Of a stretch of 64,000 nt of DNA, positions 53,706 to 64,000 are shown piece by piece; positions within the stretch are counted from its first letter, which is position 1; each line of letters starts with the position of its first letter. The stretch comes from Candidatus Bathyarchaeota archaeon (lineage in GTDB: Archaea; Thermoproteota; Bathyarchaeia; 40CM-2-53-6), in assembly GCA_963835925.1 (NCBI GenBank), contig CAWIHH010000004.1, forward strand, positions 282,111 to 346,110. Reading direction: 5' to 3'. The notes below the pieces were generated by a model that saw nothing but the letters and a program-made list of their open reading frames with translations, searched no databases and was not told where the DNA came from. Made by a program: the position numbers and the translations under genes.

Positions 53706-54917
53706 TGACGGTGGGAGAAACGAGCGTTGCTGGGACTCTCACGAAGGTGGATGATGGTAGTCACTGTTGTGGGATTTCTGAAAGTGATGATTGTACTCGT
53801 GTCACAAATAATGCCTGGAACAGATTTGGTCAATTGGATTATTGGGGCAAGTTTAGTTCTTGCAGATTTCGAGAAGGGCAGATTGCCTTCCGGATCATTA
53901 TACGGGGCCTACACTGGACTTTTCGTTTTCCTTGCACCCTTCTACTGGTTGTGGACACTTCTCCCCCTTCAACATCCGCCCTTGGCAAAAATGATTGCCT
54001 CTTCTTCGTCGCCAGCATTCGCATTGAACTTCCTGATGAGATTTCCAATTCTCCTATTCGATCTCATCATAGGGATTCTCCTTTTCCACCTCGTTCGACA
54101 ACAAACTGGATCAAGCCGAAACGGAGGCATTGCACTCTGCGCCTGGTACCTAAATCCATACAACATTTACTGGACATTGTGGGCGGGGTACTTCGATGGC
54201 ATTCCAGCCGCTGTTCTCATTCTCGCCGTGCTGTGCGGCACTAAGAAGCAGTGGGTCTACAGCGGACTTTTCTTGACATTGGCAGGCATACTTAGGCTCT
54301 TTCCGTTTCTAGCTTTACCCTTCTTTCTAGTCTATGCGCTCAGAGACAGTATTCGTTCGGCGCTGAAGCTGTTCCTCGCCTTCCTCGTGCCGTTGGTAAC
54401 GTTGTTTCTTATGGAGGTCCACTTGATGGGATCTCTCAACGTTGCAGTTGCGGGACTGATTGCAGTGCCTTTGAAGGAGTATTGGCTTCTCTACTTCTAC
54501 GGAATACCAGTAGGGAGCGCCCTGTTTAGGCTGACTCCGTTTCTTCTTCTTGTTCAACTCTACTTGGCCAAAGAGCATTGGAGGAAAGCATCGCTTACTC
54601 ATTTGACCACCGCGTGTTTGCTGGTCGTTATGGTTAGTTCATTTGGCGGGATTGAACATATCATTTGGGTTATGCCATTCCTAGCCGCCTACTTCGCGAT
54701 AAGTCTCGACGGGCTAGGACTTTTCGCATTGACCGTCATAGCGGCACTTCTATTTTCTCAGCTCACTCTGGAACTGAGTGAACTCCTACCTTTATTCGCA
54801 GGATGGCTCTATGGCCTCGAGGCGGCCTACCTAATCAAATTGAACCTTGAAGGAAGCGAGATTCACACACGGTTGCAATCGCTCAAGACGAAGTTCCTCG
54901 CAACGAACCTGGGATGA
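53705..54917 (+). CDS. GT-C membrane glycosyltransferase (GT87/PIG-M-like), tandem paralog of the upstream gene
   Basis: RFPILLFD, WYLNP, FDGIP, LRLFP; same motif order as the preceding gene. The start is 53705 or 53727. Confidence 0.72.
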
Positions 54918-55082
54918 GGTAGATCAGATTATTCATGCCCAGGAAGCAACATTTTCGGAGCAGTATCCCGGTTTCCTAGAAACCTGTTGCATTTGTTAGC
55001 GCCGTTGATGTGACCATGTTTCGACCAAATTGCTTAACTCCCCTTACGCCTGGATCTGCGGGAAAGGTTATGGCTTACAAAG

Positions 55083-55862
55083 GTGCGTCACGTGTCGGAT
55101 TGCCAATTGGTAAACTTTCGACCGCTGAAGGCACATATGTTCTACTGTCTGGATAAGCTCATTGCAGGGTACAATCTGACACCGCCCTTTCTTGATGTGG
55201 GCTGTGGAACGGGTGATCTGAGCAGCTATCTCGCCAAGAAAGGGTGGGAAGGTAAAGCCATAGATTTTTCTGATACCGCTATCGCGACCGCACGCGACAA
55301 ACTGAGGCGGTTTCCGAGAGTTGTCGTTGAAAAGAATTCCCTCACGGGTGTAAGTGGGTTCTACTCCACGGTCTTCTTGTGGGACGTACTCGAGCACATA
55401 GCTGACGATGAGGCGGCGCTCCTCAAAGTGTCATTGCTTCTACGTTCGGGCGGGTACGTTCTTGCATCCGTCCCAAGTAATCCGAGGGAGTGGCGTTGGG
55501 ACGACACATGTTATGGACATTACAGGCGGTACACGGTAGATGAGATTAGAGTGAAAATGACTAGTCAAGGATTGGAGGTCGTAATGCTATGGGACTTCAC
55601 TTATCCATTCTTCTGGATGATGCGCAGAGCATACACGAGAATAATGCCACCGCCGGAGATCAATAGTGTGGACAAAGAGGTTCTTACGAAAGACAGCTGC
55701 AAGCTCAACGCATGGGATATTTCCATTCTGTCGGGTTTTCTTGATGGATTGGCGATATTATGGTGGCCGTTCAGTAGACTACAGTTTTTGCTTTTCAGGA
55801 ACAGAACTACACAGGGCCACGAGATGTTCGTGCTCGCGCGAAAAAGCGGCGCTGCCCAATGA
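55083..55862 (+). CDS. Class I SAM-dependent methyltransferase
   Basis: LDVGCGTG, DVLEHI, GHYRRY. Confidence 0.9.
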   Translation: MRHVSDCQLVNFRPLKAHMFYCLDKLIAGYNLTPPFLDVGCGTGDLSSYLAKKGWEGKAIDFSDTAIATARDKLRRFPRVVVEKNSLTGVSGFYSTVFLWDVLEHIADDEAALLKVSLLLRSGGYVLASVPSNPREWRWDDTCYGHYRRYTVDEIRVKMTSQGLEVVMLWDFTYPFFWMMRRAYTRIMPPPEINSVDKEVLTKDSCKLNAWDISILSGFLDGLAILWWPFSRLQFLLFRNRTTQGHEMFVLARKSGAAQ

Positions 55863-55903
55863 TTGCAATTGTAGGTCTCGATGAAGTCTGTTTGGTGTAA
55901 GAG

Positions 55904-56704
55904 ATGATAAACGGAAAGAAGGTAGTGGTTGTAATGCCAGCATACAACGCTGCTAAGACACTTGAGGTCACTCACGGTTGCGTTCCTCGGGATTTCGTCG
56001 ATGAGATTCTGTTAGTGGATGATGCAAGTAGTGACAACACACTTCGAATCGCTAGGAAACTTGGATTGAAAGTGGTCGCACACGAAAGAAATATTGGATA
56101 TGGAGGGAACCAAAAGACCTGTTATCACACGGCTCTGGAGATGGGCGCGGACATAATTGTAATGCTTCACCCCGATTATCAATATCCTCCAGAGCTGATA
56201 CCTGCAATGGTGTGCATGATCGCGTACGGTCCATATGATATTGTGCTGGGGTCAAGAATCTTGGTCCGTGAGGCTTTGAACGGGGGTATGCCACTGTGGA
56301 AGTATATTTCTAATAGAGCTCTGACATCAATCCAGAACATCTTGTGGCATACGAACATCTCAGAGTATCATACAGGTTTTAGGGCATTTAGAAGGAGACT
56401 GCTTGAGACAATCCCCTTCGATCTGGACTCGGACGATTTCGCATTTGACAACCAAATTATCGCACAAGCAGTTTGGCATGGGTTTAGGATAGGTGAGATC
56501 TCGTGTCCTACTAGATATTTCCCCGAGGCATCATCCATCAATTTTCGACGGTCCCTAAAGTATGCGGTGGACGTTTGCTTAACGTCTCTTGAATTGCTAT
56601 TGGCACGAACGGGAGTTTTTGTGCCACCCTACCTAAGTAAAAACAGTTACAAGGCGAAGGATCCTCCGAAATTTATACGATCTGCTTCATTGGAGACCCC
56701 TTAG
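55904..56704 (+). CDS. GT2 glycosyltransferase (DPM1-like)
   Basis: VVMPAYNAA, VDDASSD, GYGGNQK, LHPDYQY, EYHTGFRAF. Confidence 0.92.
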   Translation: MINGKKVVVVMPAYNAAKTLEVTHGCVPRDFVDEILLVDDASSDNTLRIARKLGLKVVAHERNIGYGGNQKTCYHTALEMGADIIVMLHPDYQYPPELIPAMVCMIAYGPYDIVLGSRILVREALNGGMPLWKYISNRALTSIQNILWHTNISEYHTGFRAFRRRLLETIPFDLDSDDFAFDNQIIAQAVWHGFRIGEISCPTRYFPEASSINFRRSLKYAVDVCLTSLELLLARTGVFVPPYLSKNSYKAKDPPKFIRSASLETP

Positions 56705-56944
56705 TTTAATTAGTTCAAGCAGTACGTTCTTCAGGCCTTTCCTTTTCCTAGCCTAGTCTTGAAATCCATATGAGTTATCCTTGGATCTCAAAGACCCAAT
56801 CTTCGTGCAATTCTATCGGAACCGTCAGCATTTCACACTCCTTCCAGCCAACAGGTATCTCCGCAATTTCGAAAATGAAACTCAATAAAGGCGCGACATA
56901 ATGTTATATTCAGAAATCGTTTCCCCAACTCACGGCGGCACGAA

Positions 56945-58090
56945 TTGGTAACCAAATCGTCATACACAAGATTTCTTCGGGGGGATATCGCGTTTGTCGG
57001 GGCTCTGCTTTTGGTCAGCCTCGTTGAATCTTCATTTCATTTCGGAAGAATCTCATCTGATTCACCCGATTACGTGAACGTTGCCTACTGGTTGGAGGGG
57101 AAGGCTCCGCTGTCGTATCCCTACAGGCTTATTCGAATCCTTGTGCCCTTCCTTGCTGCTGTGATTGACAGTCACACACCTATTGGCATTGTGACAAGTT
57201 TTGCCATAGTCAACTGTTGCTTCTGGTACGCGAGCGCAGTAATCACGTTCTATTTTTGGAAACGGTTTCTGGGCCTTGACAATAAGGCAGCCTTCGTCGC
57301 CTCATTGATCGTGGTTACCTCGTACAACTATCTAGTATACGGTTCCGCAGTGATGACCGATATGGGACTGTACTTCTTCTTGATTTCGGGACTCTTCGCG
57401 TGGATGTCATTTTGCAGGGCTGAGAAACACGTAGCTGTCAAATTCCTGTGCGCATTATTGGTTAGCAACCTCGCCATATTGACGCGGGAAATAGCGATCT
57501 TTCTGCCGCTTTTTGCAATCATCTTTGCTTTGTTGAACAAAAAGTGGTACAAGGCCTCGCTCGTGTTCGCGCTGTGCTCTTTTGCACTCCCCTCTGCCTG
57601 GTTCATGGCTTCAGGGGCATTGAAGTATTATGTCAGTTGGTACTTCAGCGCCAGCACCAGGACGTCCGCGTCGCAAGGTCTTGCAATTTCCACTATCCTC
57701 TCTCTTCCTCATTCATTTCTGCGTGCGTATTGGCGTTCAACCCTAACTTCCTTTCTACAAGCATTTTCGCTCTCGTTGCCGTTCGCAGTCTTAGGATTCT
57801 TGGAAGATGACTCACCTACGAATCTAAGATTCTACGTAGCAGAGATTCTCGCTGCAGCAATAATTCTCTTTCTTACATTCCCCAATCCGGACCCCCGAAA
57901 TTCCTTCATCGCTTTCGCAGCATTAGCGCCACTCGCCTCTAGAGGAATCAACTGGTTCGCCATGAAAATGTCTCAGAAAGAGTATTTCCACGCGATCCCA
58001 GCTTCGGCCTACCTTTGGTTGATTGTCTTAACCTACATACTCGCTGAGAACTTCGTCACTAGAACGCCCACAGTCTACAATTTGCCCTAG
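56945..58090 (+). CDS. GT-C membrane glycosyltransferase (GT39/ArnT-like)
   Basis: SSDSPDY, PYRLIRILVP, MTD and LTRE in a polytopic protein. Confidence 0.7.
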   Translation: MVTKSSYTRFLRGDIAFVGALLLVSLVESSFHFGRISSDSPDYVNVAYWLEGKAPLSYPYRLIRILVPFLAAVIDSHTPIGIVTSFAIVNCCFWYASAVITFYFWKRFLGLDNKAAFVASLIVVTSYNYLVYGSAVMTDMGLYFFLISGLFAWMSFCRAEKHVAVKFLCALLVSNLAILTREIAIFLPLFAIIFALLNKKWYKASLVFALCSFALPSAWFMASGALKYYVSWYFSASTRTSASQGLAISTILSLPHSFLRAYWRSTLTSFLQAFSLSLPFAVLGFLEDDSPTNLRFYVAEILAAAIILFLTFPNPDPRNSFIAFAALAPLASRGINWFAMKMSQKEYFHAIPASAYLWLIVLTYILAENFVTRTPTVYNLP

Positions 58091-58151
58091 TCATGTGTTT
58101 GAGGAGTAAATAGGATCATGCACGGAGCCGACTAAGAAGCCGTGGTCATAA

Positions 58152-59437
58152 ATGTCCGAAGCAATCATCAATACTCCATTAAACCTGCCAAGGAAGGCTC
58201 TTATCATCTCAAGTGTCGCTCCGCATAGGATTGGGGGCCCAATCAACCTGTACAGCTTCCTTTCCCAGCTCTCGAGAGAGTCGTACTGCGTCCTCACCAC
58301 ATATGAGTCGATACGCCACCTGCCCACAAATCCCCGCCTGCCAGGTGAGCACATTTTCTGTGATCATTCGGATCCTATTGAAAACCAGGTCTCCTCTCCA
58401 AACACTACCAATGGTCCCACTCACACAGCTTCAAAAAGTCGTTCCTGACGAAAAAGATTCCGGGCTTGGTCCCACTGTATCGGGAGATGAAATCCACGCT
58501 GCATTTTCTCACGACTATCGTCAGAATGATTGGAGTCGGTGCACGCGCTTGCCGGGAGAGAAACGTCGAATTCATTTTGGGCTTCTCCGATTCGGGGCCG
58601 GGACTGATTTCGAGTTATATTATTTCAACCTTGACCGGAATCCCATATGCACTCTACTTCTTTGATATTTACAGAGGCAATTACGCCGGACTAGTACAGT
58701 CGCTGTTCGCTTCGATTTTCGAACCGATTCTGTTCAAAACTGCGTCTATAGTCGTGTTGACGAATGAGGGAACTGAACAGCTCTACCGGAGGAGGTATGG
58801 AGATTCATTCAAATGTATCGTTATTCATAATTCGGTTTTTCCAAAGCCGTACGAATCCAACAGGACCGAATACCATCCCTCCCCCCCTTACAGTATCCTC
58901 TACAGCGGGGGAGTGTATTACCCTCAAGAAAGGAGCCTCATCAATCTGATTCACGCACTGGACGAGCTGCCAGAGCTACCAATACGACTTGAGCTCTACG
59001 TGCCCTACATGTCGGATAGCTTTAGGCAACAGATCCAGTCTCGCAGTAACGTGACTCTGAGAACTGCCGTTCAGTCAGAGATACCGCGGATACAATGCGC
59101 GGCAACCATACTCTTCCTACCGCTCAGCTGGCATACTCACAGCCCCGATGTTATTGCGACGGCGACTCCCGGCAAGATGACAGATTATTTGGTCTCCGGT
59201 CGACCGATACTGATCCACGCTCCACCCTATGCTTGGTTGAATCAGTATGCTAGAGAGAACGGTTTCGGTCTCGTTGTCGACGAAGAGGACAAGGACAAGT
59301 TGACGGCTTCAATTCGAAAATTAATAACTGACCAGGATTTCTCGAAACAGTTGATACGGAACGCGCTCCGAACTTTCTACGCGAACCACGATGCCACAGT
59401 CAACTTGCAGAAATTCCTGGCTATATTCGAGCCCTGA
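58152..59437 (+). CDS. GT-B (GT4-like) glycosyltransferase (frameshift near 58440)
   Basis: N-terminal GGP motif; VIHNSV, ILYSGGVY, PGKMTDYLVSGRPIL. Confidence 0.8.
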
Positions 59438-59539
59438 GTGCTGCTCAACATTGCTGGTGCCAGTTCAACAGAGACTAATATCTAATTTCGTGAAATTCGA
59501 AAAACCGTCAACAATTGGATATTCAATAAACCGAAAAAG

Positions 59540-60487
59540 TCAGAGCGCATCTCGTCTCAAAATCTGTCGTAGGCGTCTGTAGATCGGACTTGGAAGATGT
59601 CTGGCCATTTTCCTTGCGTTTCCGCGTGCTGTTCTTGCGAACATTTTGAGCCACACATGTAGAAACAGGAATCGTGGAGTCGTTGTGTTTTCACGTACTT
59701 CCACTCGGAATTTCTCTACGTATGCGAGTGCTTCGTCCGTTGTCAACTGTTTGGGCGACGGATCATCCACATACAATCCTTCAGGAAATAGAGCGGCTGG
59801 GATCTTTTCCAGTTTCATGGTTGTTTCATCAATCAACCGATTCAATGGGTATCCTCGTTGCCCGTAAGCCCGGTAAACGAGGTACTTGTGTGCCAGAAGG
59901 CGTTCAGAAGAGAACCCGTAGTGAAGAATCTGGACGTCCGATACGCGCTCAATTTTCTTAATGCTCGGCGGATATGGGTTCTGGTGCAGCCCCTGGCGAG
60001 TTTTTCCATAGGATATATTCGGTGTCACTCGCCACAGGTGTACGAACCATCCTTCGTCGTAAAGATTGTCGATGCGCCGCCAAGACTTGCTTCGCCAGAG
60101 GTTAAGCTTGTGAAAGCTCAGACCATCAAGCTCCTTCTTCTCGCAATAGGCGCATAACTCCTGTAGCCTAGTGGCAGTGTTTGCGGTGAATACTTCGTCG
60201 GCGTCGAGATACATTATGAAGTCGGGGCCGAGCTTCAGCGTGTTCTCCAATAGGACTTTTTTGATCTGCATTTCCTTCGCAAAATTCGTCCTTTTGCCTC
60301 GGAGCACGTGGGACGTGTGCCTGATTAGATAGTCGAAGCTACCGTCCGTGCTTGCGTCATCCCAAGCAACGATATCGTCCACAAGCGGAGTCAAGTATTC
60401 GATAAAGCGCTCTAGGTTTCCTTTCAGCAGCTCATTGTAAATTTGACAGATACAGACGATCTTGTATCGTTTGAAATCTTGGCTCAT
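59540..60487 (-). CDS. GT2 glycosyltransferase
   Basis: WDDASTDGS, LDADE, ILHYG. Confidence 0.85.
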   Translation of the reverse strand: MSQDFKRYKIVCICQIYNELLKGNLERFIEYLTPLVDDIVAWDDASTDGSFDYLIRHTSHVLRGKRTNFAKEMQIKKVLLENTLKLGPDFIMYLDADEVFTANTATRLQELCAYCEKKELDGLSFHKLNLWRSKSWRRIDNLYDEGWFVHLWRVTPNISYGKTRQGLHQNPYPPSIKKIERVSDVQILHYGFSSERLLAHKYLVYRAYGQRGYPLNRLIDETTMKLEKIPAALFPEGLYVDDPSPKQLTTDEALAYVEKFRVEVRENTTTPRFLFLHVWLKMFARTARGNARKMARHLPSPIYRRLRQILRRDAL

Positions 60488-61389
60488 TGGCCCTCAGCGT
60501 TGTCTTGATAGTTGAACTGAGAGAGTTCGGTAATCATGGAGTTTATGGTTGGAGGATCGGAATATCCGGCTGCTTGCCAAAGTTTACGATTCAAATCAGC
60601 GTCAATAGTGGAGAGTGTTCGATCAATTGATGACTTGGCTTCAGATCTCCTGATTTCTAAGTCTGTTCGGTCAAAGTTTACAGCGAAACTCTTGAGAAGT
60701 TCATATTTGCTTAGGATATCCTTGGGCAAGAGGTGCTGAACGTGTGGCAGTTGCAGCTCATCTTCCATGATTGCTTTGCATATTTTGGCGAAATGCAGCG
60801 TCGTCACGCCGTTCCAATAATGATTTGTGAAACCGTTTATCTCGGAGTTCGCACTTTGCCCTAGAAACCAGTTCAACAACGATACACCCCGAGCCTTCTC
60901 AGGCCCGATTATGGAGCATCGTAGATGGTGGACGTTAGGTGAGAAGACCTCGCCGAGGCTCTTTGACTTTCCATAGACGTCGAAGGGATCCTGCGGATCC
61001 GTTTCTAAATAGCGTCCTTTTTGGCCTGAAAAGACGCAGTCGGTTGCGATCTGAATTACCCGGCAATGCTCTTTTTCGGCTGCTTTCGCTATAAGATGTG
61101 GGAATAGTGAGTTCACGCGAATTGCTTTTTCGGCCTCAAGAGGGTTATCGTCGTGAATATATGGTTTGATGACACCGATCGCGTTTATCGCCCAAGAACA
61201 TCCTCTGATGGCATTGAGGATGTCATCTGTGCTCGATGCCTCCGCATCTAGAAATCCCCCTTCTGAGTTTCCATTTGTATTCAACTTGGTACGAGAAATG
61301 GCGACGATATCATTCTCTGAATTAAGTGTGAGATAGGACAGGAGCATCGACCCAAGCATGCCGGTGCAACCCAGAATCGCGATCTTCAC
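60484..61389 (-). CDS. NDP-4-keto-6-deoxyhexose reductase (RmlD-like SDR)
   Basis: GCTGMLG, TDCVFSG, YGKSKSLGE. Confidence 0.9.
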   Translation of the reverse strand: MKIAILGCTGMLGSMLLSYLTLNSENDIVAISRTKLNTNGNSEGGFLDAEASSTDDILNAIRGCSWAINAIGVIKPYIHDDNPLEAEKAIRVNSLFPHLIAKAAEKEHCRVIQIATDCVFSGQKGRYLETDPQDPFDVYGKSKSLGEVFSPNVHHLRCSIIGPEKARGVSLLNWFLGQSANSEINGFTNHYWNGVTTLHFAKICKAIMEDELQLPHVQHLLPKDILSKYELLKSFAVNFDRTDLEIRRSEAKSSIDRTLSTIDADLNRKLWQAAGYSDPPTINSMITELSQFNYQDNAEGQ

Positions 61390-61401
61390 TGGACGCTCCT
61401 C

Positions 61402-61854
61402 TCAGCGCTCCTGAACATGCCAAATATCCCAATATCTTGAGTCATATCGTACGTCATCATTCTTGCTCTCCTCAACTGAGGAAGTTGAGAAGAAGACAAC
61501 CTTAGAGTCATCAGTCAATGACATGAACCCATTGGCATAGCCAGGTGGAATGCAGAGGATCAAAGGGTCCTTCGCTGACAAAACGAAACGAGAGACCGAA
61601 AGATCCTTTGCAGGAGTGGCCCAATTATCGATTCGCACAGCGCCAACGAGGGCCGCACCTTGAATCACGAACACGCACTTCGCTTCGTGCCGGTGAGCAT
61701 GCCACGCACGGACGAAACCGGCCTTGTGGTTTGAGACGACATAGAACCGTTTGACGCCGTCAAGTTTGAAATCATTAACAAAGGCTACTTCGCCGCGATC
61801 GTCAACAGAGAGCGAACCTTTGATAAGCTTCGGGGAAGCTGAGTCTCTAAGCAT
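61402..61854 (-). CDS. NDP-sugar epimerase/isomerase, cupin fold (RmlC-like)
   Basis: DDRG, VRAWHAH, IPPGYANGF. Confidence 0.87.
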   Translation of the reverse strand: MLRDSASPKLIKGSLSVDDRGEVAFVNDFKLDGVKRFYVVSNHKAGFVRAWHAHRHEAKCVFVIQGAALVGAVRIDNWATPAKDLSVSRFVLSAKDPLILCIPPGYANGFMSLTDDSKVVFFSTSSVEESKNDDVRYDSRYWDIWHVQER

Positions 61855-62812
61855 TTTTCGTCACAACCGGTTCGTATAGGTGCGAATTGAACATCGAAAG
61901 AAACTGCCGATTAGTGTATCGGGGGTTCTCGACGTCCTTCAATCTGTTTGAATCTAACAGTTCCTTCACTTCCTCGATTCCATCGTGCACAGACCTCTTC
62001 GGGTTGAAGCCCCATGTACTCGCAGCTTTCTCGCTTGTCACCTGATAATTCCGAGCGTCCTCGAATTTCATACTGGTCTGTTCTATTGTAAGGCCGGGGA
62101 AGTGTTCTCGAATTGCATTTGCGAGATCGATTATTCTAATGTTTTTCCAGTGGAGGTTGAAGATCCCGCGGTGCGATGTTGATAGGTTACCCACGATCGC
62201 TTGAGCCGCATCTTTCACGTGCAGCAGCGGTCTGTACTGGTCGCCTCCGAACACACTCACCTTCTTCTGTTGGTGAGCCCGAACCGTCATCGTATTGACG
62301 ACTAAATCAAGGCGCACTCTTGAGAACAAGTCACTCACTCCGAAGAGTGTGCCGAAACGGAAGATGATTGCGTCCTTCTTTTCCAGATGATGCTCTGCTC
62401 CCAGCTTTGTTGCAGCATATACAGATAATGGGTTGGTTGCGCCCGACTCATTTACGATCGCGTCATGAACCCCGTATACTGAGCATGTGGATGTGAAAAT
62501 GATGCGTCCATCGTAATTTTCAGCGAGCCACCTAACTTGATCTTGATTGATCTTCGTAGCAATTTCCGGGTTAAGAGCACATGCACCATCGCCGACGAGT
62601 GCGGCCAGCCATATCATCGCATCTGCCCATTTGAGCTGCCGTTTCAGTCGTTCCGTATCGCGCACATCGCCATAGATGAAACTGATGGGTTTCCGGTAAG
62701 ACTCCTCGTAGAGCAATGCGTCATAAACGCGAACTTCATGTCCAGAATTCATCAAAGCGTCCGTTACGGCGCCACCAACATACCCCGCCCCGCCCACAAC
62801 AAGCACTTTCAT
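61847..62812 (-). CDS. NAD-dependent epimerase/dehydratase (extended SDR)
   Basis: GGAGYVG, STCSVYG, YAATK, RLDLVVN. Confidence 0.92.
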   Translation of the reverse strand: MKVLVVGGAGYVGGAVTDALMNSGHEVRVYDALLYEESYRKPISFIYGDVRDTERLKRQLKWADAMIWLAALVGDGACALNPEIATKINQDQVRWLAENYDGRIIFTSTCSVYGVHDAIVNESGATNPLSVYAATKLGAEHHLEKKDAIIFRFGTLFGVSDLFSRVRLDLVVNTMTVRAHQQKKVSVFGGDQYRPLLHVKDAAQAIVGNLSTSHRGIFNLHWKNIRIIDLANAIREHFPGLTIEQTSMKFEDARNYQVTSEKAASTWGFNPKRSVHDGIEEVKELLDSNRLKDVENPRYTNRQFLSMFNSHLYEPVVTKNA

Positions 62813-62870
62813 TATCCGAATTCCAACTTTGCAGCGCTCATCACAACATCAAGCGGCTATATGTAACCTA

Positions 62871-63761
62871 CTACGCCTCATGTCGCTTCCTGCGAATTGC
62901 GGCCTTTAATGCTCCATAGATTGAGTCAGGAAGGTGATCACGAGCAATAGTCTTAGTAGTCCTCTTCCATCGTGCAAAATCGCCTTGCATCATTCTAAAG
63001 ATTGCCGAGACCTCGGCTCGTCTGGATTCACTGTCCATTTCACCCATCTGGAAATGATACACGATGCTGTTGAAAACCGTCCGGTGCACCACTCCCTTAA
63101 CCCTCAACTTATCCATTAGGACCTTGTCTCCGGACACGCATGACTCACCCCGTCTGGCGATAGTTGGCGCGAAAATGTCACTGTAAGGTACGATATTCCC
63201 TTCAGGATATCCGCCAACAGACAGGAAATCGGTTTTCTTAATCAACAGCGGCATGTACAGTCCTCCCTTTTCTGTTCGGGCTGCACGAATCGATTCAGCA
63301 TACTTGTGGAACTCAGATTCTCTAAACTCGCGGTAGTGCCGACCGAAGTTCTTCTCAATTCCGTACTCTCCGCTTGGAAGCTTTCCGGATTCAACTAGTC
63401 TGGACGCTAGACAGCTAGACCCATTGTACGCGTTGTAGAGGTTGTCCAGCCAGTTCGGGGTGAGCGCCATGTCAGAATTAATGAAGACAACAAATTGTCC
63501 TTTAGCACTGCGCCCGGCAAAGTTCCACGCGCGGTAGACGCTATTGATATACCACTCCTTACGCTGCTCGGGTGAATTGTTCCAAATATAATGAGGAATA
63601 TTCTCCTCCTTCAAGTACTGTAATACCTGGCGGGTCGCATCATTTGCTACGAAGAAAAATTCTGCGTCTTCCAGGTCGGTATATTTCTGGACTTGCTCAT
63701 ACGTGAATTTGAGCCATCCAACGCTCTTGTAGATCAAGCAAGCGATCGAGAGGCGAGTCAA
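62871..63761 (-). CDS. GT2 glycosyltransferase
   Basis: VANDAT, AWNFAG, FINSDM, VGGYPE, VYHFQ. Confidence 0.85.
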   Translation of the reverse strand: MTRLSIACLIYKSVGWLKFTYEQVQKYTDLEDAEFFFVANDATRQVLQYLKEENIPHYIWNNSPEQRKEWYINSVYRAWNFAGRSAKGQFVVFINSDMALTPNWLDNLYNAYNGSSCLASRLVESGKLPSGEYGIEKNFGRHYREFRESEFHKYAESIRAARTEKGGLYMPLLIKKTDFLSVGGYPEGNIVPYSDIFAPTIARRGESCVSGDKVLMDKLRVKGVVHRTVFNSIVYHFQMGEMDSESRRAEVSAIFRMMQGDFARWKRTTKTIARDHLPDSIYGALKAAIRRKRHEA

Positions 63762-64000
63762 GATATGATCCTATTGAGATTTACCGCATAGCTACGGATG
63801 AATTGAGTCAGTAGCTGTACTCACGACTACCCCAGCAAGATCGTAGGTTCTCGTTTCCTCAACTGACTCATAGGAGCCTTTCCTGCTGATTTCCTGCAGT
63901 TTGAGATCCAGATATCTGCAAACGCGGTTACTCCATTTGAGCGACAACTGAATCTTGTTGCCCATATCGTGTTTCGATTTCTCCGTCATGTTCTGTTGGT

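Noticed and set aside
63792..63989. 65-aa ORF at the window end
   Set aside because: No motif and cut by the window edge, so it cannot be assigned.
1..64000. CRISPR arrays, tRNAs, rRNA operons, transposases/integrases, and the many antisense or alternate-frame ORFs in the track
   Set aside because: No regularly spaced repeats, cloverleafs or recombinase motifs were found by eye; the extra ORFs are shadows of well-supported genes.

Overview
Archaeal chromosomal segment from the TACK group. The TFB, Rpo12, aIF1/SUI1, tRNA-intron endonuclease and crenactin sequences are most consistent with Bathyarchaeia, but this is judged by eye. Many genes, including essential ones, carry single-base indels, most likely uncorrected long-read errors, so genes were reconstructed across frames. 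In order, the window holds: a Tat-exported molybdopterin oxidoreductase (partial); a G1 glutamic peptidase; an acyl-CoA dehydrogenase; a branched-chain amino acid cluster (cimA, ilvB-ilvH-[ilvC remnant]-leuB-leuA-ilvD-leuC-leuD-ilvE); a crenactin 'Arcade'-type operon led by an AbrB-like gene; housekeeping genes (tfb, SUI1, DRG GTPase, endA, glyS, sdhAB, rpoP, hppA, cofE); and a ~19 kb surface-glycosylation cluster. Highlights not in the ORF track: (1) a short leader ORF ending in LLLSLVGVIVLQ plus a hairpin directly upstream of ilvB, a candidate ribosome-mediated Leu/Val/Ile attenuator in an archaeon; (2) a 26-codon ilvC deletion scar coupled to leuB; (3) an arcadin-2-like gene with a crenactin-binding C-terminal helix, and a degenerate zinc-finger partner that has an intact putative paralog 21 kb away; (4) a possible ~210-nt structured RNA at the edge of the glycosylation cluster. 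No tRNA, rRNA, CRISPR array or transposase was recognised.
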